Source: the human T2T-CHM13v2.0 reference genome, Homo sapiens
DNA: 64,000 nt
Direction: 5' to 3' (one strand)
Assembly (NCBI RefSeq): GCF_009914755.1
Contig: NC_060938.1
Made by a program: the position numbers and the translations under genes. How positions within the stretch are numbered: the first letter of the stretch is position 1; each line of letters begins with the position of its first letter. The notes under the pieces were generated by a model. It made no database searches. It saw only the letters and a program-made list of their open reading frames with translations, and was not told where the DNA came from. This document shows positions 15,931-30,720 of the stretch, piece after piece.

Positions 15931-16994
15931 TGTTTTTGTTTTTTAAAAAGGAAGAAATTGGGCCTAGTGCATAATTTGAATTAGCTTTGGTCCTAACAGC
16001 TTTATAACAATTTTTAAAACTATTGATCTTAAATAGCTCAATCTAAAGACAGCTGAAACTTGTGCTTTTCTTCTGCCATCCATGAAAATGATTTTTAGTA
16101 CCAATTAAGTTTCAAATAATTGTGGCTTTTAGGGTAATATAAAGTTCAGCGCATCTCATTGCTACAAATGTCATACTTGGCACAACATTACTATTCAATT
16201 TGTTCTTTCATGTGAAATGTTGGCCAAGCAATTTAGATAAATTTAATTTCATTTTAAAATTTCTAAAGACATTGTTCAAATTTTCACTCATGCTTTCTGC
16301 TTTCAAGGGTGAAGAAATGGCCCAATAAAAATGTTTATCTTCTATAAAACCATTGTTAGGACAATGTCCACACATTGCCTTGAGCGCTTTATATATGTTC
16401 CAAATAAGTATTTCTTTTTATAACTCAGTTCCAGAAAAAAAAAAGTTGGTCTTTCCTGAGAGGGATAAATCCTTTTAATCATGCAATAAATAGTATAATA
16501 AATTTTCTTTATTTACCTAGTCTTCTAGGAATTCAAAGTTGAATTTAATTATTACTCTGTTTTTTAATGTTTCTCCTTCCTTTTTATGTAATTTAGTTAT
16601 TTTTTTAGATTTTTATATGAATTATTTAGTGTAAAGATGTATTCTTTTAGAATTAGGAATAATATGTGTCATTGATTCTAAGATGCACATATTAAATATG
16701 TCTTGTAATCAGCGTAGTTTTTCCAAAGCATTTTTTCTTACTTAAAATTACATTAACAATGATGTGCCATATTTTATTGTAGCTTGGATTTGACATAATA
16801 TTAAAATATCTTCAACAATTACTACAGTTTCATGGAAGAACTCAAGGGCCACACATGCTTAGAAGATCTCACCAACCATTCTTCACTCCGGGATTTTTTG
16901 AATTTTTCCAATTCTTATAGCACTTGTCATTTCTATCACCTTCTTGCATTTATTCAAACTTTTCCTTGTGGCTTTATTTGACTATAAAGAGGGA

Positions 16995-17210
16995 AAGCAC
17001 AGTATGACCTGGTGGTTAAGAACAAGGGCTTTAGAGACCGAAATTTGAATTGTGGCTCTACTTTTAGCTGTGTGACTTAGGACAATCCCTTAATCAATCT
17101 GGACATCAGTATCTTCATTTATGAAATCACGATGATATCCATCTTGTAGGTATGTTGCAAACATTCAATTAGAACATGTATAAAGAACATGGCACAGTGT
17201 CCGGATCATT
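16995..17210 (+). mobile_element. MIR
   Basis: GTGGTTAAGAAC...AGCTGTGTGACTTAGGACAA...CAGTATCTTCATTTATGAAAT core. Confidence 0.7.
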
Positions 17211-17536
17211 ATTATTATTAGCACTTTGATTACACCTCTGCCAAGAGCCACATGGACAACATGGTGGCCCAAATCTCACTGTGAGAAAAAATAAGCCATC
17301 AGCAGAAAACCCCAGGACTGGAAGGTGGTAGACTGTCCTCTATTTCAGTAACTGAGCATCTAGCTACTCTGTACCCTAAAGCATTGTGCAAGTTATTGGG
17401 AGTATAGAGGAACATATGGAATAGTTTCTACCTTCAAAGAGCTTATAGCCTTTTATTTTTAGCCACAAATAAAAAACCAATGGTAAATAAACAAGGGAGA
17501 AGGGACAAATCTCCCATGCAGAAGAATTCTCTATAA

Positions 17537-17855
<319 letters not shown>

Positions 17856-17947
17856 AGAATTCTCAATAGTTTATGGATATTCTGTTCTCAAAGGAGTTGA
17901 ACATAATTCTCCACTCCTTAAGGGTAAGCTTCTTAAGCCCTTAACTT

Positions 17948-18250
17948 GGCCAGGTGTGATGGGTTACACCTGTAATCCTAGCACTTTGGGAGGCCAAGGC
18001 AGGAGGATTGCTTGAGCCCAGGAGTTTGAGACCAGCTTGAGCAGCATGGCAAAAACCCTGTCTCTATAAAATAAATACAGAAAAATTAGCTGGGGGTAGT
18101 GGCATGCGCCTGAGTCCTAGCTACTTGTGGGGCTGAGGTTGGAGGACTGCTCGAGCCCAGAAGGTCGAGGCTGCATTGAGCTGAGATTGTACCACTGTTC
18201 TCCACCTGGGCGACAGATGAGACTCTATCTCAACAAACAAACAAAAAACA
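17948..18250 (+). mobile_element. AluJ
   Basis: GGAGGATTGCTTGAGCCCAGG J-type pattern; inverted relative to the preceding Alu. Confidence 0.92.
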
Positions 18251-19065
<815 letters not shown>

Positions 19066-19917
19066 ATCAATATAAGGTAGCAAATGTCAAGACAGAATGA
19101 GATTGATTCATTCATCTAACAAGTATTTCTTGAGTACATATAGTGTGCTAGACAGTTTTGTTGGGAGTAGGCGTGCAGCAATGAACAAAAGGTAGAAAGA
19201 TCCTTGCCTCTGATGAGTTTACATGAGATAAATGCCAAGCCTTGCAGAACTGATTTATGTTTCCCATCACAGCTTCCTCTCTTAGGAAGGAAGTCCTAGT
19301 GGCACTCCAGTGAAAATGTGACCTCATTACTTCTTGTTAAATAAGGGACAAACATGAGCCAGGCCATAGTTTAGCAGTGAGAGGTGAATAAAAAGAGACT
19401 TTGAGTAAGAAAGGATAAGTCCTGGGACAGCTGGGAGCCAGCTGGCACAGCCAGTGTTTCCTAATGCCTCCCAAACCCTGGAAGACAGCACAGCCCCCAG
19501 AGCCTATATATACCCAGGGAGCACTTGCCAGTCACAGAATGTGACCAGAGGAAAGTCTCTTCCAATCGCTGGTCTAATCCCCTTCACTTTATAGGAGAGG
19601 AAACTGAGATCTCATAGTCACAGGGATATCTCTGAATCAACTTTTTAATTTTCACTCCTCTGAGGCTGTAGACATTTATTCTCCTGCTAGACATCATCAA
19701 AAATGGAAAGGCTAGATAAATATACTTGCTTAGCATAAGATGTGAACAACAGAAAAGAATCAGAAAAACTAGATATAGAATAAACATCAATGTGGGTTTA
19801 ATAATATAGGTGATAAGAGTTCCCAAGCTGCTTCTGCTCTATAATCTATCATAGAAACTTAAAGGATACTGCAGGATAAACATACACTTCCTAAAACTGA
19901 ACAAACTCACTTTAAGG

Positions 19918-20253
19918 CAGGGGTTCCCAACTCCCCAACCGCAGGTGGGTACCAGTCTGTGGCCTGTTGGCAACTGGGCAGCACAGCAGGAGGTGAGCAG
20001 TGAATGGGCGAGTGAGCATTACTGCCTCCTGTCAGATCAGCAGTGGCATTAGATTCTCACAGGAGCTCGAGCCCTGTTGTAAACTGCACATGCGAGGGAT
20101 CTAGGTTGCACATTCTTTATGAGAATCTAATGCCTGATAATCTGAAGTGGAACAGTTTCATCTCAAAACCATCCGCCCCCCACCAACCAACCCCGTGGAA
20201 AAATTATCATCCATGGAACCAGTTCCTGGTGCCAAAAAGGTTGGGGACAGCTG
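19918..20253 (+). mobile_element. MER1B (hAT-Charlie DNA transposon)
   Basis: CAGGGGTTCCCAAC...GTTGGGGACAGCTG terminal inverted repeats; internal GGCATTAGATTCTCA / TGAGAATCTAATGCC palindrome; 8-bp TSD CTTTAAGG / CTTTGAGG. Confidence 0.88.
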
Positions 20254-20854
20254 CTTTGAGGCCACCATAATCGAAATAAAACCGTGTTGCTATGCATTAC
20301 ATTGGCTAAGTAAAAGTTTACCGGGGAGCTTAAATGGTATAGAGGATAGAACAGGACTGGATACTCCTTTAAAAGGTAAAATAAAGTAAAAAAAGACCAA
20401 CAACAAAAATATGAAAACTTCAGGGGCAGATTCATACCTAGGTAACAACGGAACAGAGACAGAGCCTATATAAACTAAGAGTTTTATCTGTGTAAGCACA
20501 AGCCAAATCCCATCAGGTAACTATGCCATCCTTGAGAAACTCTTTTAGGGCCATCAGCAGCATCCTGAAGCCTGACAATGCCACCCAGGTATCAGTGTTA
20601 GAGGCAGCTTATTTCCCTAACAATGCCAGCGCATTCTGCACAAAGTCAGAAATGTGACTGTGCAGCATTCCCAGGGAAAATTACTTTTGAAATTGAGTTT
20701 TCAATCTTTTTGTTAGGGATTGTTTTTAAACAACCATCAGGCCAGAAAATGCTTCCATTTTTTATCAGGGGAATGCAGTAGGCATATTAAAGTTGGATTT
20801 TAACGAAAAGATAATGAAAGAAGAATGAAAGATTAGCAGAATTAGCTTAACCTC

Positions 20855-21030
20855 TAACACTGAGCACCTGGACTGCACATTAGAATCACCTGGAGAGCTT
20901 TTAAAAATTCTAATGCCCTGGCCCCAGCCCAGACCAATTATATTAAAATCTCTGGGGTGGGACCCAGGCATGAGTATTTTTAAAGCTCTCCAGGTAGTTC
21001 CAACGTGCAGCCCAGACAGGAATCCACTGC
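20855..21030. mobile_element. MER5-family MITE
   Basis: CTGCACATTAGAATCACCTGGAGAGCTTTTAAAAA...TTTTTAAAGCTCTCCAGGT internal palindrome. Confidence 0.75.
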
Positions 21031-21090
21031 TCTACACGGAGTTCATCTAAATTTTGAATATCAAATACTTCCCACTAAAGTAGGATAAAA

Positions 21091-21430
21091 TCAGGCGCAG
21101 TGGCTCATGCCTATAATCCCCACATTTGGGGAGGCCCAGGCGGGAGGATCACGTGAGGTGAGGAGTTTGAAATCAGCCTGGGCAAATAATGAGACTACCT
21201 CTCTACAAAAAGTAAAAAATGAGCCAGTCATAGTGGTGTGTACCTGTAGACCCAGCTACTCAGGAGGGTGAGGTGGGAGGATCTCTTGAACATAGGAGTT
21301 TGAGGCCGCAGTGAGCTTTGATTGTGCCACTACACTCCAGCCTGGATGACAGAGTGAGAATAAGTCTCTAATAATAGTAATTAATAACAATATAATAAGA
21401 TTAAATTAAATTAAAAATTAACAAATAATG
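21091..21430 (+). mobile_element. AluJ
   Basis: Diverged dimer with (AAT)n tail. Confidence 0.88.
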
Positions 21431-21431
21431 A

Positions 21432-21747
21432 GGCCGGGCCTCACGCCTGTAATCCCAGCACTTTGGGAGGCCAAGGCAGGTGGATCACCTGAGGTCAGGA
21501 GTTGGAGACCAGCCTTGCCAACATAGTGAAACCCCATCTCTACTAAAAATACAAAATTAGCCAGTTGTGGTGGCACGTGCCTGTAATCCCAGCTACTCAG
21601 GAGGAGGCTGAGGCACGAGAATTGCTTGAACCTGGGAGGCAGAGGTAGGAGTGAGCCGAGATAGCGCCATTGCACCCCAGCCTGGGAGACAAGAGCAAAA
21701 CTCCATCTCAAATAAAATAAAATAAAATAAAATATTTAAAAAAATAA
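21432..21747 (+). mobile_element. AluS inserted in the tail of the preceding Alu
   Basis: Small 5' internal deletion; the outer TSD AAAGTAGGAT / AAAGCAGGAT flanks both Alus. Confidence 0.88.
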
Positions 21748-22759
21748 TAAAGCAGGATTAACCAGGCATCCTAGGAGTACGATTACCCTAAAATATCACC
21801 CAACTGAATACAAAACTCTGTCATTTTAACAATTTGTCTTTTTAAGTCAAATATACCTAGATTTGACTCTCTTCAGATATTTCCAAAGCAGAGGCAATTA
21901 CCTCTTAAATTCAGATATTTTTCTTTAATATACTTATGGTGAGCATGAACTACAAACTAGCTAAGAATGAGAGTCTAAACCCCACTCTTCCACTCTCCTT
22001 GGTTGGCCTTACCAAAAAGAAAAAAATAGTAAAGACAGAGTAACTTCTCTTAAATGTTTCAAAACAAAATAATTAAGATGAATCTCAGTAAACAACCATG
22101 AAATTCAGTGAGGTATTTCCTTTATTTTTTAATGGTTACAGACTCAGGGTCTGTCATGGAAATAGCTGCATAGTTTTGACTCTGCCAAATCACTCACTGA
22201 AATTACATCACAGGAGGGCTGCCAGTGCCCTGTGGGGGCTCTGAATAGCATCTACCCCTTTGGCCATTTGGGACCTGCCTGCTGAGCTGTGAAGTGGCAG
22301 GTTTTTTCCAGCGTACAGACTCTTCCTAATTATATAGCATCATGACAATTTGTCCAGCCTAATTAGGGGAGGTTATCCAACCCTGATTGAGGACACTCAA
22401 TAAACAATAATGGAAAAGACAGCTTTAATTGTCCTGAGGCTTGAAATTTCTCCCATGGAAAATATCAGGGGCAGTGGCTAGATTACTGGATTTCTAAGAA
22501 AAGGGTAATTCTCTATACCAGGGAAGGGAGTAAATCTTGAAAGCAGCCATGAAAATAAACATCAAAAACCTCCCAGCCCTCAAATGTTATTTGGTCTCTT
22601 TCCCTCCAGAAGACATTCAGGTAGTAAAGGGAATGAAATCAACACTCCTTAGTTGCCTGATACAAATACTAAGTCATTCCAATCAGGAAGATAGTTGTAA
22701 TTAAGACTACTACACTAGTTGACTTCCAGGTGATGGTGGTGTATTTGTTTCTCAGTATA

Positions 22760-23135
22760 AAATGGCATGGGAATACTTTTCAACAATAAAAAGAAAGGAA
22801 GTACTGTTCTATAATGCCTCATGGATGAACCTCAAAAACATTCTGTGCAGTGAAGGAAGCCGCACAATGTATAATCCCATCTATAAGAAACGACCACTAA
22901 GAAAAATCTATAGAGACAGGAAATAGGTTAGTGATTGCCTAGGACTAGGAGTGGGAGAAGAGACTGACTGACAATGGCGAGGAGATCATTTTGGGGAGGA
23001 TGAACCTGTTCTGAAATTGGCTTGTGGTGATGGTTGTACAGCTCTGAAAATTTACTAAACATCATTGAACTGTACACTCAAAACGGATGGATTTTATGGC
23101 ATGTAAATTGTAACTAAATAAGGCTATTTGAAAAA
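22760..23135 (+). mobile_element. L1MB/ME 3' end
   Basis: CATGGATGAACCTCAAAAACATT...GTGGTGATGGTTGTACA...CATTGAACTGTACACT...CTAAATAAGGCT. Confidence 0.75.
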
Positions 23136-23993
23136 GTTTATATTGTACCAGAAAGGTTAGCGTCTGGGCCTGGGTCTGGTTCTTCCGCTGCCATGCAGGT
23201 CGCCTGTCACTAACACTCCTCAAGAATTCTGCTCCTTCTCCATTTCCATTTGTAAAACGTTAGCAGGATGGTGCGGGGAGAAGGAGAACACATTATCAAA
23301 TCTGAGATTCTGTGCAGTCACAAGACACCAAGTCTGGGAATTTCGAAAGGCAATCAGGCATAAATTCTTCCTGAGGTGAGAAAGAAGCAAAGGTACCGGC
23401 TGCTGGGGTCAGGGCTGTCTCACACGCGTGGCTCTAGGCAGGAGCACAAATTGAACCACTGGGGAAAGTAGGACTCCAGCAGAAACGAAGGCGCAAGGCC
23501 GAATCCCTAAGGTCCAACGAGCTAGCAGTCAGTTGACAGGGTTTCTAACAAAAACGCGGCATGCGTTTACCAAACCTAGGGTGGTTTTATTTCAGAAGTA
23601 GGAACTCTTTCCACGAGAGCACCAAGTTGAGAAGTTCGGTTCTCAGGCCGCGTGGACCTGACAGCTCTCAGAAGCTCCAGGCCTCGCTGGGTGGGGCGGG
23701 TAGCGGCCGCCGCTGCCTCAGCAGCCCTGGTCCCGGCAGAGCAGGGCTGGCGAGGCCGCTGCTGCCGCCGTCGGGGCCGCCGGCCCTCCACACTCGTTGA
23801 GACGCCGGCACGGGGACCTTCGTGCCCCTCTAGGGACTGGCGCCGCGTCCAGGTGGCCGAGCCTGCGCTGCTGGAGGAGGCGCCTCCGCGCCGGCCTCAC
23901 CCCGGGGCCGGCAGGGGGCGAAGGCGGAGCTGGAAGTCGCCGCCGGGCCCCGGGGGACCGGCTCCCGCGCTTCCTCCCGCGCCCCCCGCACAG

Positions 23994-24023
23994 TGCTCAT
24001 GCGCACGGCCCAGCCTTTATAGC
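23994..24023 (+). promoter_or_regulatory. COCH: COCH core promoter: NRF1-like motif plus TATA-like box
   Basis: TGCTCATGCGCA (23994-24005) is one mismatch from the NRF1 palindrome TGCGCATGCGCA. TTTATA at 24016-24021 is the only AT patch in the island and lies about 30 nt upstream of the inferred TSS (about 24046). Confidence 0.6.
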
Positions 24024-24045
24024 GGCCGCGGGGGCCTTGCCTTCC

Positions 24046-24078
24046 GCACTCGGGCGCAGCCGGGTGGATCTCGAGCAG
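24046..24078 (+). other. COCH: COCH exon 1 (non-coding 5' UTR)
   Basis: Ends at the donor CAG|GTGCGG; start inferred from TATA spacing and the recalled mRNA 5' end. Confidence 0.7.
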
Positions 24079-24425
24079 GTGCGGAGCCCCGGGCGGCGGG
24101 CGCGGGTGCGAGGGATCCCTGACGCCTCTGTCCCTGTTTCTTTGTCGCTCCCAGCCTGTCTGTCGTCGTTTTGGCGCCCCCGCCTCCCCGCGGTGCGGGG
24201 TTGCACACCGATCCTGGGCTTCGCTCGATTTGCCGCCGAGGCGCCTCCCAGACCTAGAGGGGCGCTGGCCTGGAGCAGCGGGTCGTCTGTGTCCTCTCTC
24301 CTCTGCGCCGCGCCCGGGGATCCGAAGGGTGCGGGGCTCTGAGGAGGTGACGCGCGGGGCCTCCCGCACCCTGGCCTTGCCCGCATTCTCCCTCTCTCCC
24401 AGGTGTGAGCAGCCTATCAGTCACC

Positions 24426-24459
24426 ATGTCCGCAGCCTGGATCCCGGCTCTCGGCCTCG
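24426..24459 (+). CDS. COCH: Cochlin exon 2 coding part (signal peptide start MSAAWIPALGL)
   Basis: Acceptor ctctctcccAG at 24402; Kozak-like CACCATG; donor GTGGGT at 24460. Confidence 0.95.
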
Positions 24460-24542
24460 GTGGGTGCGCGCCCCTCACGACCCCGGCCCCTTGCTCCGCT
24501 GGGTGGAGGCTGGAGCCAGCCCTCACGCTTCTCTCTTCGCAG

Positions 24543-24590
24543 GTGTGTGTCTGCTGCTGCTGCCGGGGCCCGCGGGCAGCGAGGGAGCCG
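24543..24590 (+). CDS. COCH: Cochlin exon 3 (signal peptide GVCLLLLPGPAGSEGA)
   Basis: Acceptor ctctcttcgcAG; donor GTGAGT; 48 nt. Confidence 0.95.
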
Positions 24591-26284
24591 GTGAGTGGGG
24601 GAGCTGGGGTGCGTCCAGGCGGTCGCAGGGGCTGAGCACCAGCGGGTACAAGCGGGACTCAGATCCAGCCCCTTGGGCTTCAGCCCGACCGCCTGAGGAG
24701 GAAGGCGCGAAGGTTGAGCCGCCGCGTGGCGCGCCCGCGTTAACCCCTGCAGCCGATCTGCTCCTGCTCACCTGTTTCTCCCATGGTAGGGGGCCCCTGG
24801 GGTCCAGTGGGGGGACGTTCTCCAAGAGCACTAGGAAGAAGGCCTCCTCCAGGCCCACCCACAGCCCCAGACCCCGGGCCCGCTGAGCGCCGGCAGCAGG
24901 AGGTCGAGGAAGGAGGACTCCTTGAGCCTCACCGAGGAGCGCACCAGTCCTGGGCTCTGCTGCGTTTGGGGGTGGAGGAGAAGCCGCCCAGACCCGACTT
25001 CAGGTTGCCGTAGCCGAGAGAGAGGGAGGCGAACGTCGCTGTCCCACCTTGTTTGACTCGCTAGCTATGTTTCTAGGTGTAACCCCTATAATCAGAAGCA
25101 CTCGCGGTCTCACTCTACACGCTAGAGTTTAAAAAGTTTGTACCACGTGTAGAGGTCCGGGTATGGGTGTGTGGTTTGGTGTATTTTCCAGTGTAAAAGG
25201 CAACGCTTTCCTAAGAGCTACCGTTTGTTTTCCTTGAAAGTAGGAATGAGGGTTAAGTATCCCTCATGGCTGTATTTCTCCCGCTCTACTTAACAAAAGT
25301 CAGTGTTCGCAACTAAAGGCGGTCGGTCTTGGCACCGGATTCCGATGCCGCCCCCATCTCAGCGGAAAATGGGAGGAAGGATTAAGGCTGTTTGATGATA
25401 GGTATGAGGCTGTTTAGGGGTAAGGATTTTAACCTCTCAGCTCTCTAGACTGCTTCAGAGCTAAGAAATGGGCATTGCGCCTGCATCCTTCCTTCTCTTC
25501 CATGGAATGTAAGGTACCTGTCACCACAAAGGGCACAGAGGAGGGTGCTTGTCACAGGCAAGGTACTCAGTTGGACAGTATGGCCAGAAAGTATTCCTCT
25601 GCCTTGGAAAAAAAAGGTTTTTAAAATTAATATATGTTTTAAAAAGGTTTGGATAACTACAACTTCCCATGTTTGAAAAATAGCATTTAATAACATTAAT
25701 CTCAATTTAGTATCGACAGTAAATTCACAAATTAACATGTTGTATTATGTTATCTTGTTACTTGTTGCCAAGAGCTTGTCTCTTCCTAGCATCATTTATA
25801 GTAAAAACTGATTCTTTGTTAGGTTGACAGTGTAAAACTTGAGAATATTAACAGTGCTTTCTAAAAATGCATCCGCTGCTTGATAAATCTCACTGGACAG
25901 ATCTGGAGCAGAAATAATCAGGTTCAATTAAGATAAAAATGCTGTATTCTGAAGGGATTCACTTTTCTGTTTTCTGTCCTTCGGGAGTTGTAGAATGTTG
26001 TTTGGGCAAATTAACCCCACGGCTTTAATTTTCTCATCTATAAAATGAACAATCAAGTTAGATAACTTTCTGTGAATCTAAGCATCTTTTTGTTGGCTTC
26101 CTTAATGTGTGAGTTTAAGGATCTGCATTTGTAGGCTAACTAGGATAAATGGTCCTATGAAGGAAAGGATGGCTTTGATTTGTGCACATGTCTATGAAAA
26201 TGTTCCACAAAGGCTCAATCCAGATTTACTATCTTTACCTCAAGCAACTGTGTACATAGCGTCATCAAAGTTGAGATTTAAAAA

Positions 26285-26626
<342 letters not shown>

Positions 26627-26692
26627 TGACTTTTATTTTCTAGTTCAGATATAGTTCCAATTATGTATTTCCAACCTGGTTAAGAACTGAGA

Positions 26693-26824
26693 AGCCAGGC
26701 ACAGTGGCACACCTGTAATCCCAGCTACTAGGGAGTTGGAGGTGGATCACTTGAGCTCGGGAATTTGAGCCTAGCTTGGGCAACTTGGCGAGTCCCCATT
26801 TCAAAAACAAAAACGAAATAAAAA
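26693..26824 (+). mobile_element. Alu monomer (FLAM/FAM)
   Basis: Single monomer with tail. Confidence 0.75.
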
Positions 26825-26977
26825 CCCAGAACTTTCACATTAGAGTTTTATAGTGGCTGGGGACTATATTAAATTGGAAAACAACCTTGTGGCTTGCCAA
26901 AATCTGGAATGGTATGGAAGGGTATATAAGTCAATAGTCATAACTAGAAGTGTAGAAATTAGGGAAGTAAAACTTAA

Positions 26978-27214
<237 letters not shown>

Positions 27215-27479
27215 TAAGCCCAAACACACCAGGGTGGGAGAGAAATGCAGACGTGATTATTTCCTTTCCTGCTTTACCCATCTGGATCCCTTTCCTCCCT
27301 GCATTCTTTCTTTTGTTGCCATTGTGGCCACAGAAAATGGATATATTTTCACGGTTCTCCTGGATATACTTGAAACACCAAATACACATGGAAAGCTTTC
27401 TGACAAAAGGCAAATAGCATTACCTCTTGATGGCTAGATTGCTATGATTCCAAAACATTCCTAATCATGTGATATATTA

Positions 27480-27620
27480 CTGAGTTATTACTATGTGCCA
27501 CCTATTGTTTTAACTTCCACCACAACTCTACAAGGTAGGTAGAATTTTACTCCAGTTACAGATGAAGAAACTGAACTCAGAGAGTTGTCAAGTATCTTGC
27601 CCAAGGTGACTATTGTTAGC
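27480..27620 (-). mobile_element. MIR
   Basis: ACAGATGAAGAAACTGA...CTTGCCCAAGGT core. Confidence 0.65.
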
Positions 27621-27863
27621 AAGTGCCATGCTATCCTGTAGTAGAATAGCCAGTATAATACTTCTAAAAAAATTCAGTCCAAAGGCATGTAGCTAAAGTG
27701 AGTATCTTAGGAAAATTGTTTGGTGCTCTGAATTTCTAAGTTGTGGGTAATGGGATATTACAAATGTGTTCTTATCAACACTTAAGAAGTTCAACAGCAC
27801 AAAACCATTTTTTTCCAGGCAAATTTTGTTCTTGTGTAAGCAAGTTTTTAAAAGGCTAGCAGC

Positions 27864-28229
<366 letters not shown>

Positions 28230-28295
28230 CTATAAGTCAGTGGGATGCCCTGAAAAAGTGTGGATAGCATCTCAGCTGCTATTCTTGTGTTACAG

Positions 28296-28429
28296 GGGAG
28301 TAATCAGCAACTCAGGGGGACCTGTACGAGTCTATAGCCTACCTGGTCGAGAAAACTATTCCTCAGTAGATGCCAATGGCATCCAGTCTCAAATGCTTTC
28401 TAGATGGTCTGCTTCTTTCACAGTAACTA
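28296..28429 (+). CDS. COCH: Cochlin exon 5 (LCCL domain C-half)
   Basis: [44 protein letters not shown]; tacAG / GTAGGT; 134 nt. Confidence 0.96.
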
Positions 28430-28907
28430 GTAGGTATAATTATTGTTCTCATTCTGTAATATTCTCCCACCCCCCAAACGTTTTCTGCTTTTTTTAGCTC
28501 AGCCTCTTTAACCTTGATGGAAAAACCTGTGATCAAGACTAAAGCTGACCTATAGAGGTAAACTGTAGGTTAGACTGAGGGGTCAAGTACCCACTGAAGC
28601 CAAATTTGGGTGAATAGAAGACAATCTTACTGACAGATGATGGCAATAGAAACTTGAATTATTTGCAGTCAGAATGCCCGGACACTTACCAAGGAACTGA
28701 AAAACTACTAAATACATTTTTGATGATCCTTTGAAGATATAATGGATAAGCATTTTGGTTCTCTGAAACTAGCATGCAGCAGGATGTTTGTAACTACAAT
28801 CACCATTACCCTATTACATTTGTCATTGTAGAGAGCTCTAAATTAGATTCATAATACTTTGGTAAAGAAGGAAAAGGAAAAAAATAAGCTTATTTTTATT
28901 TTAACAG

Positions 28908-28970
28908 AAGGCAAAAGTAGTACACAGGAGGCCACAGGACAAGCAGTGTCCACAGCACATCCACCAACAG
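28908..28970 (+). CDS. COCH: Cochlin exon 6 (Ser/Thr-rich linker)
   Basis: [21 protein letters not shown]; ttaacAG / GTATGA; 63 nt; not in the ORF track but required for the frame. Confidence 0.93.
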
Positions 28971-29140
28971 GTATGAACTATGAAACCTATCTCCTAGTTG
29001 CCCGGCACAGCATTTGGAAGTTATGAATAAACGTGTTGTTGGTAGAAGCTTTTCTTAAAGAAATTTGATATTAAAGAGAAACAAAGCAAATACCTTAAGT
29101 TTACTGGTATATTACATATGGAAACATTCATTATGTGTAT

Positions 29141-29447
29141 ATTTTAAAGACAGGGTCTCACTCTGTTGCTCAGGCTGGAGTACAGTGGTGCAATCATAGC
29201 TCACTGCAGCCTTAACCTCCTAGGCTCAAGCAATCTTCTCACCTTGGCCTCCTGAGTAGGTGGTACTACAGGCACATGCCACCACACCCAGCCAATTTTT
29301 TTGATTTTTAATTTTTTTTATTTTTATTTTTTTAGACAGGTCTAGCTATGATGCCCAGGCTGGTTTTGAACTCCTGACCTCAGGCAGTCCTCCCACTTCA
29401 GCCTCCCAAAGTTCAGGGATTACAGGCATGAGCCACTGCACCCAGCC
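29141..29447 (-). mobile_element. AluJ in COCH intron 6
   Basis: Antisense dimer. Confidence 0.9.
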
Positions 29448-29936
29448 TAATAATTCTCTAAAAGTCCTATTTTCTCCCAGATTTGATAAACCACGCCTAA
29501 GAACTGGTCAAAGTACCATGAACTTCTAGTTCCATTTGCTTCATTAAATTCCTTTAATTACTGCACTGTCATGTGACTAAAAGGAATGTGTGTCTATTGT
29601 AAGAAATAGCCAGGGATCCCCTTTTGTATGACGATGGCAGTTTTAAAGTCAAAGATATTAAGAACATTAGGATTTAATGTTGAGTTCCTGCCTCACCTGT
29701 GGGTTTGGGGTATTAAAGTCCTGGATTAGGGCATATCAAATATGTAGGCCTACATACTGATTTGTTTATTTGTTGGGTCATTGCTTTCCCTAGTCCAGAA
29801 AATCCTGAGGAAATTAATTTTTTTAAAAAAGTCCTTTCAAGAATGGCACTCTGTTGTTATGAGCTTCTCCCCATGTGGGTTTCTTGCTATGTAACTGTCT
29901 TCCTTTTGTTAATGCCAAGTGCATCTTTTATTTCAG

Positions 29937-29981
29937 GTAAACGACTAAAGAAAACACCCGAGAAGAAAACTGGCAATAAAG
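29937..29981 (+). CDS. COCH: Cochlin exon 7 (basic linker)
   Basis: GKRLKKTPEKKTGNK; tttcAG / GTAAGA; 45 nt. Confidence 0.93.
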
Positions 29982-30013
29982 GTAAGAATCAAGATCTCCA
30001 TTTGGGAAGGTAG

Positions 30014-30232
<219 letters not shown>

Positions 30233-30254
30233 TAAAATGGGAGATTTAAAAAAA

Positions 30255-30410
30255 AAATTATTTTGTAATTGACACATAATAATTATATATACTTATGGGG
30301 TACATAGTGATGTTTTCATACATACAATGTATAGTGGTCAAATCAGAGTAATTAGCATATCCATCACCTCAAACATTGATCATTTCTTTGTGTTGGATAC
30401 ATTCAAAATC
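30255..30410 (-). mobile_element. L1MA-type 3' end fragment
   Basis: TTGACACATAATAATT...ATGGGGTACATAGTGATGTTTTCATAC...CCATCACCTCAAACATT. Confidence 0.7.
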
Positions 30411-30416
30411 AAATGA

Positions 30417-30720
<304 letters not shown>

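Larger units (their letters stand above)
23640..25110. promoter_or_regulatory. COCH: CpG island spanning the COCH promoter and exons 1-3
   Basis: Abrupt switch to very GC-rich, CpG-dense sequence against CpG-depleted flanks; GC box GGGGCGGG at about 23693. Confidence 0.93.

Noticed and set aside
24231-24425. N-terminal extension of cochlin through retained intron 1
   Set aside because: An in-frame TGA at 24348 blocks a long extension; only a 7-codon GTG-initiated stretch exists.
23561-25013. Many overlapping long ORFs (up to 218 aa) on both strands
   Set aside because: Expected from stop-codon scarcity in a CpG island; low-complexity Arg/Pro/Gly/Ala products. Only the COCH exon parts and the 195-nt extension are supported by splice signals.
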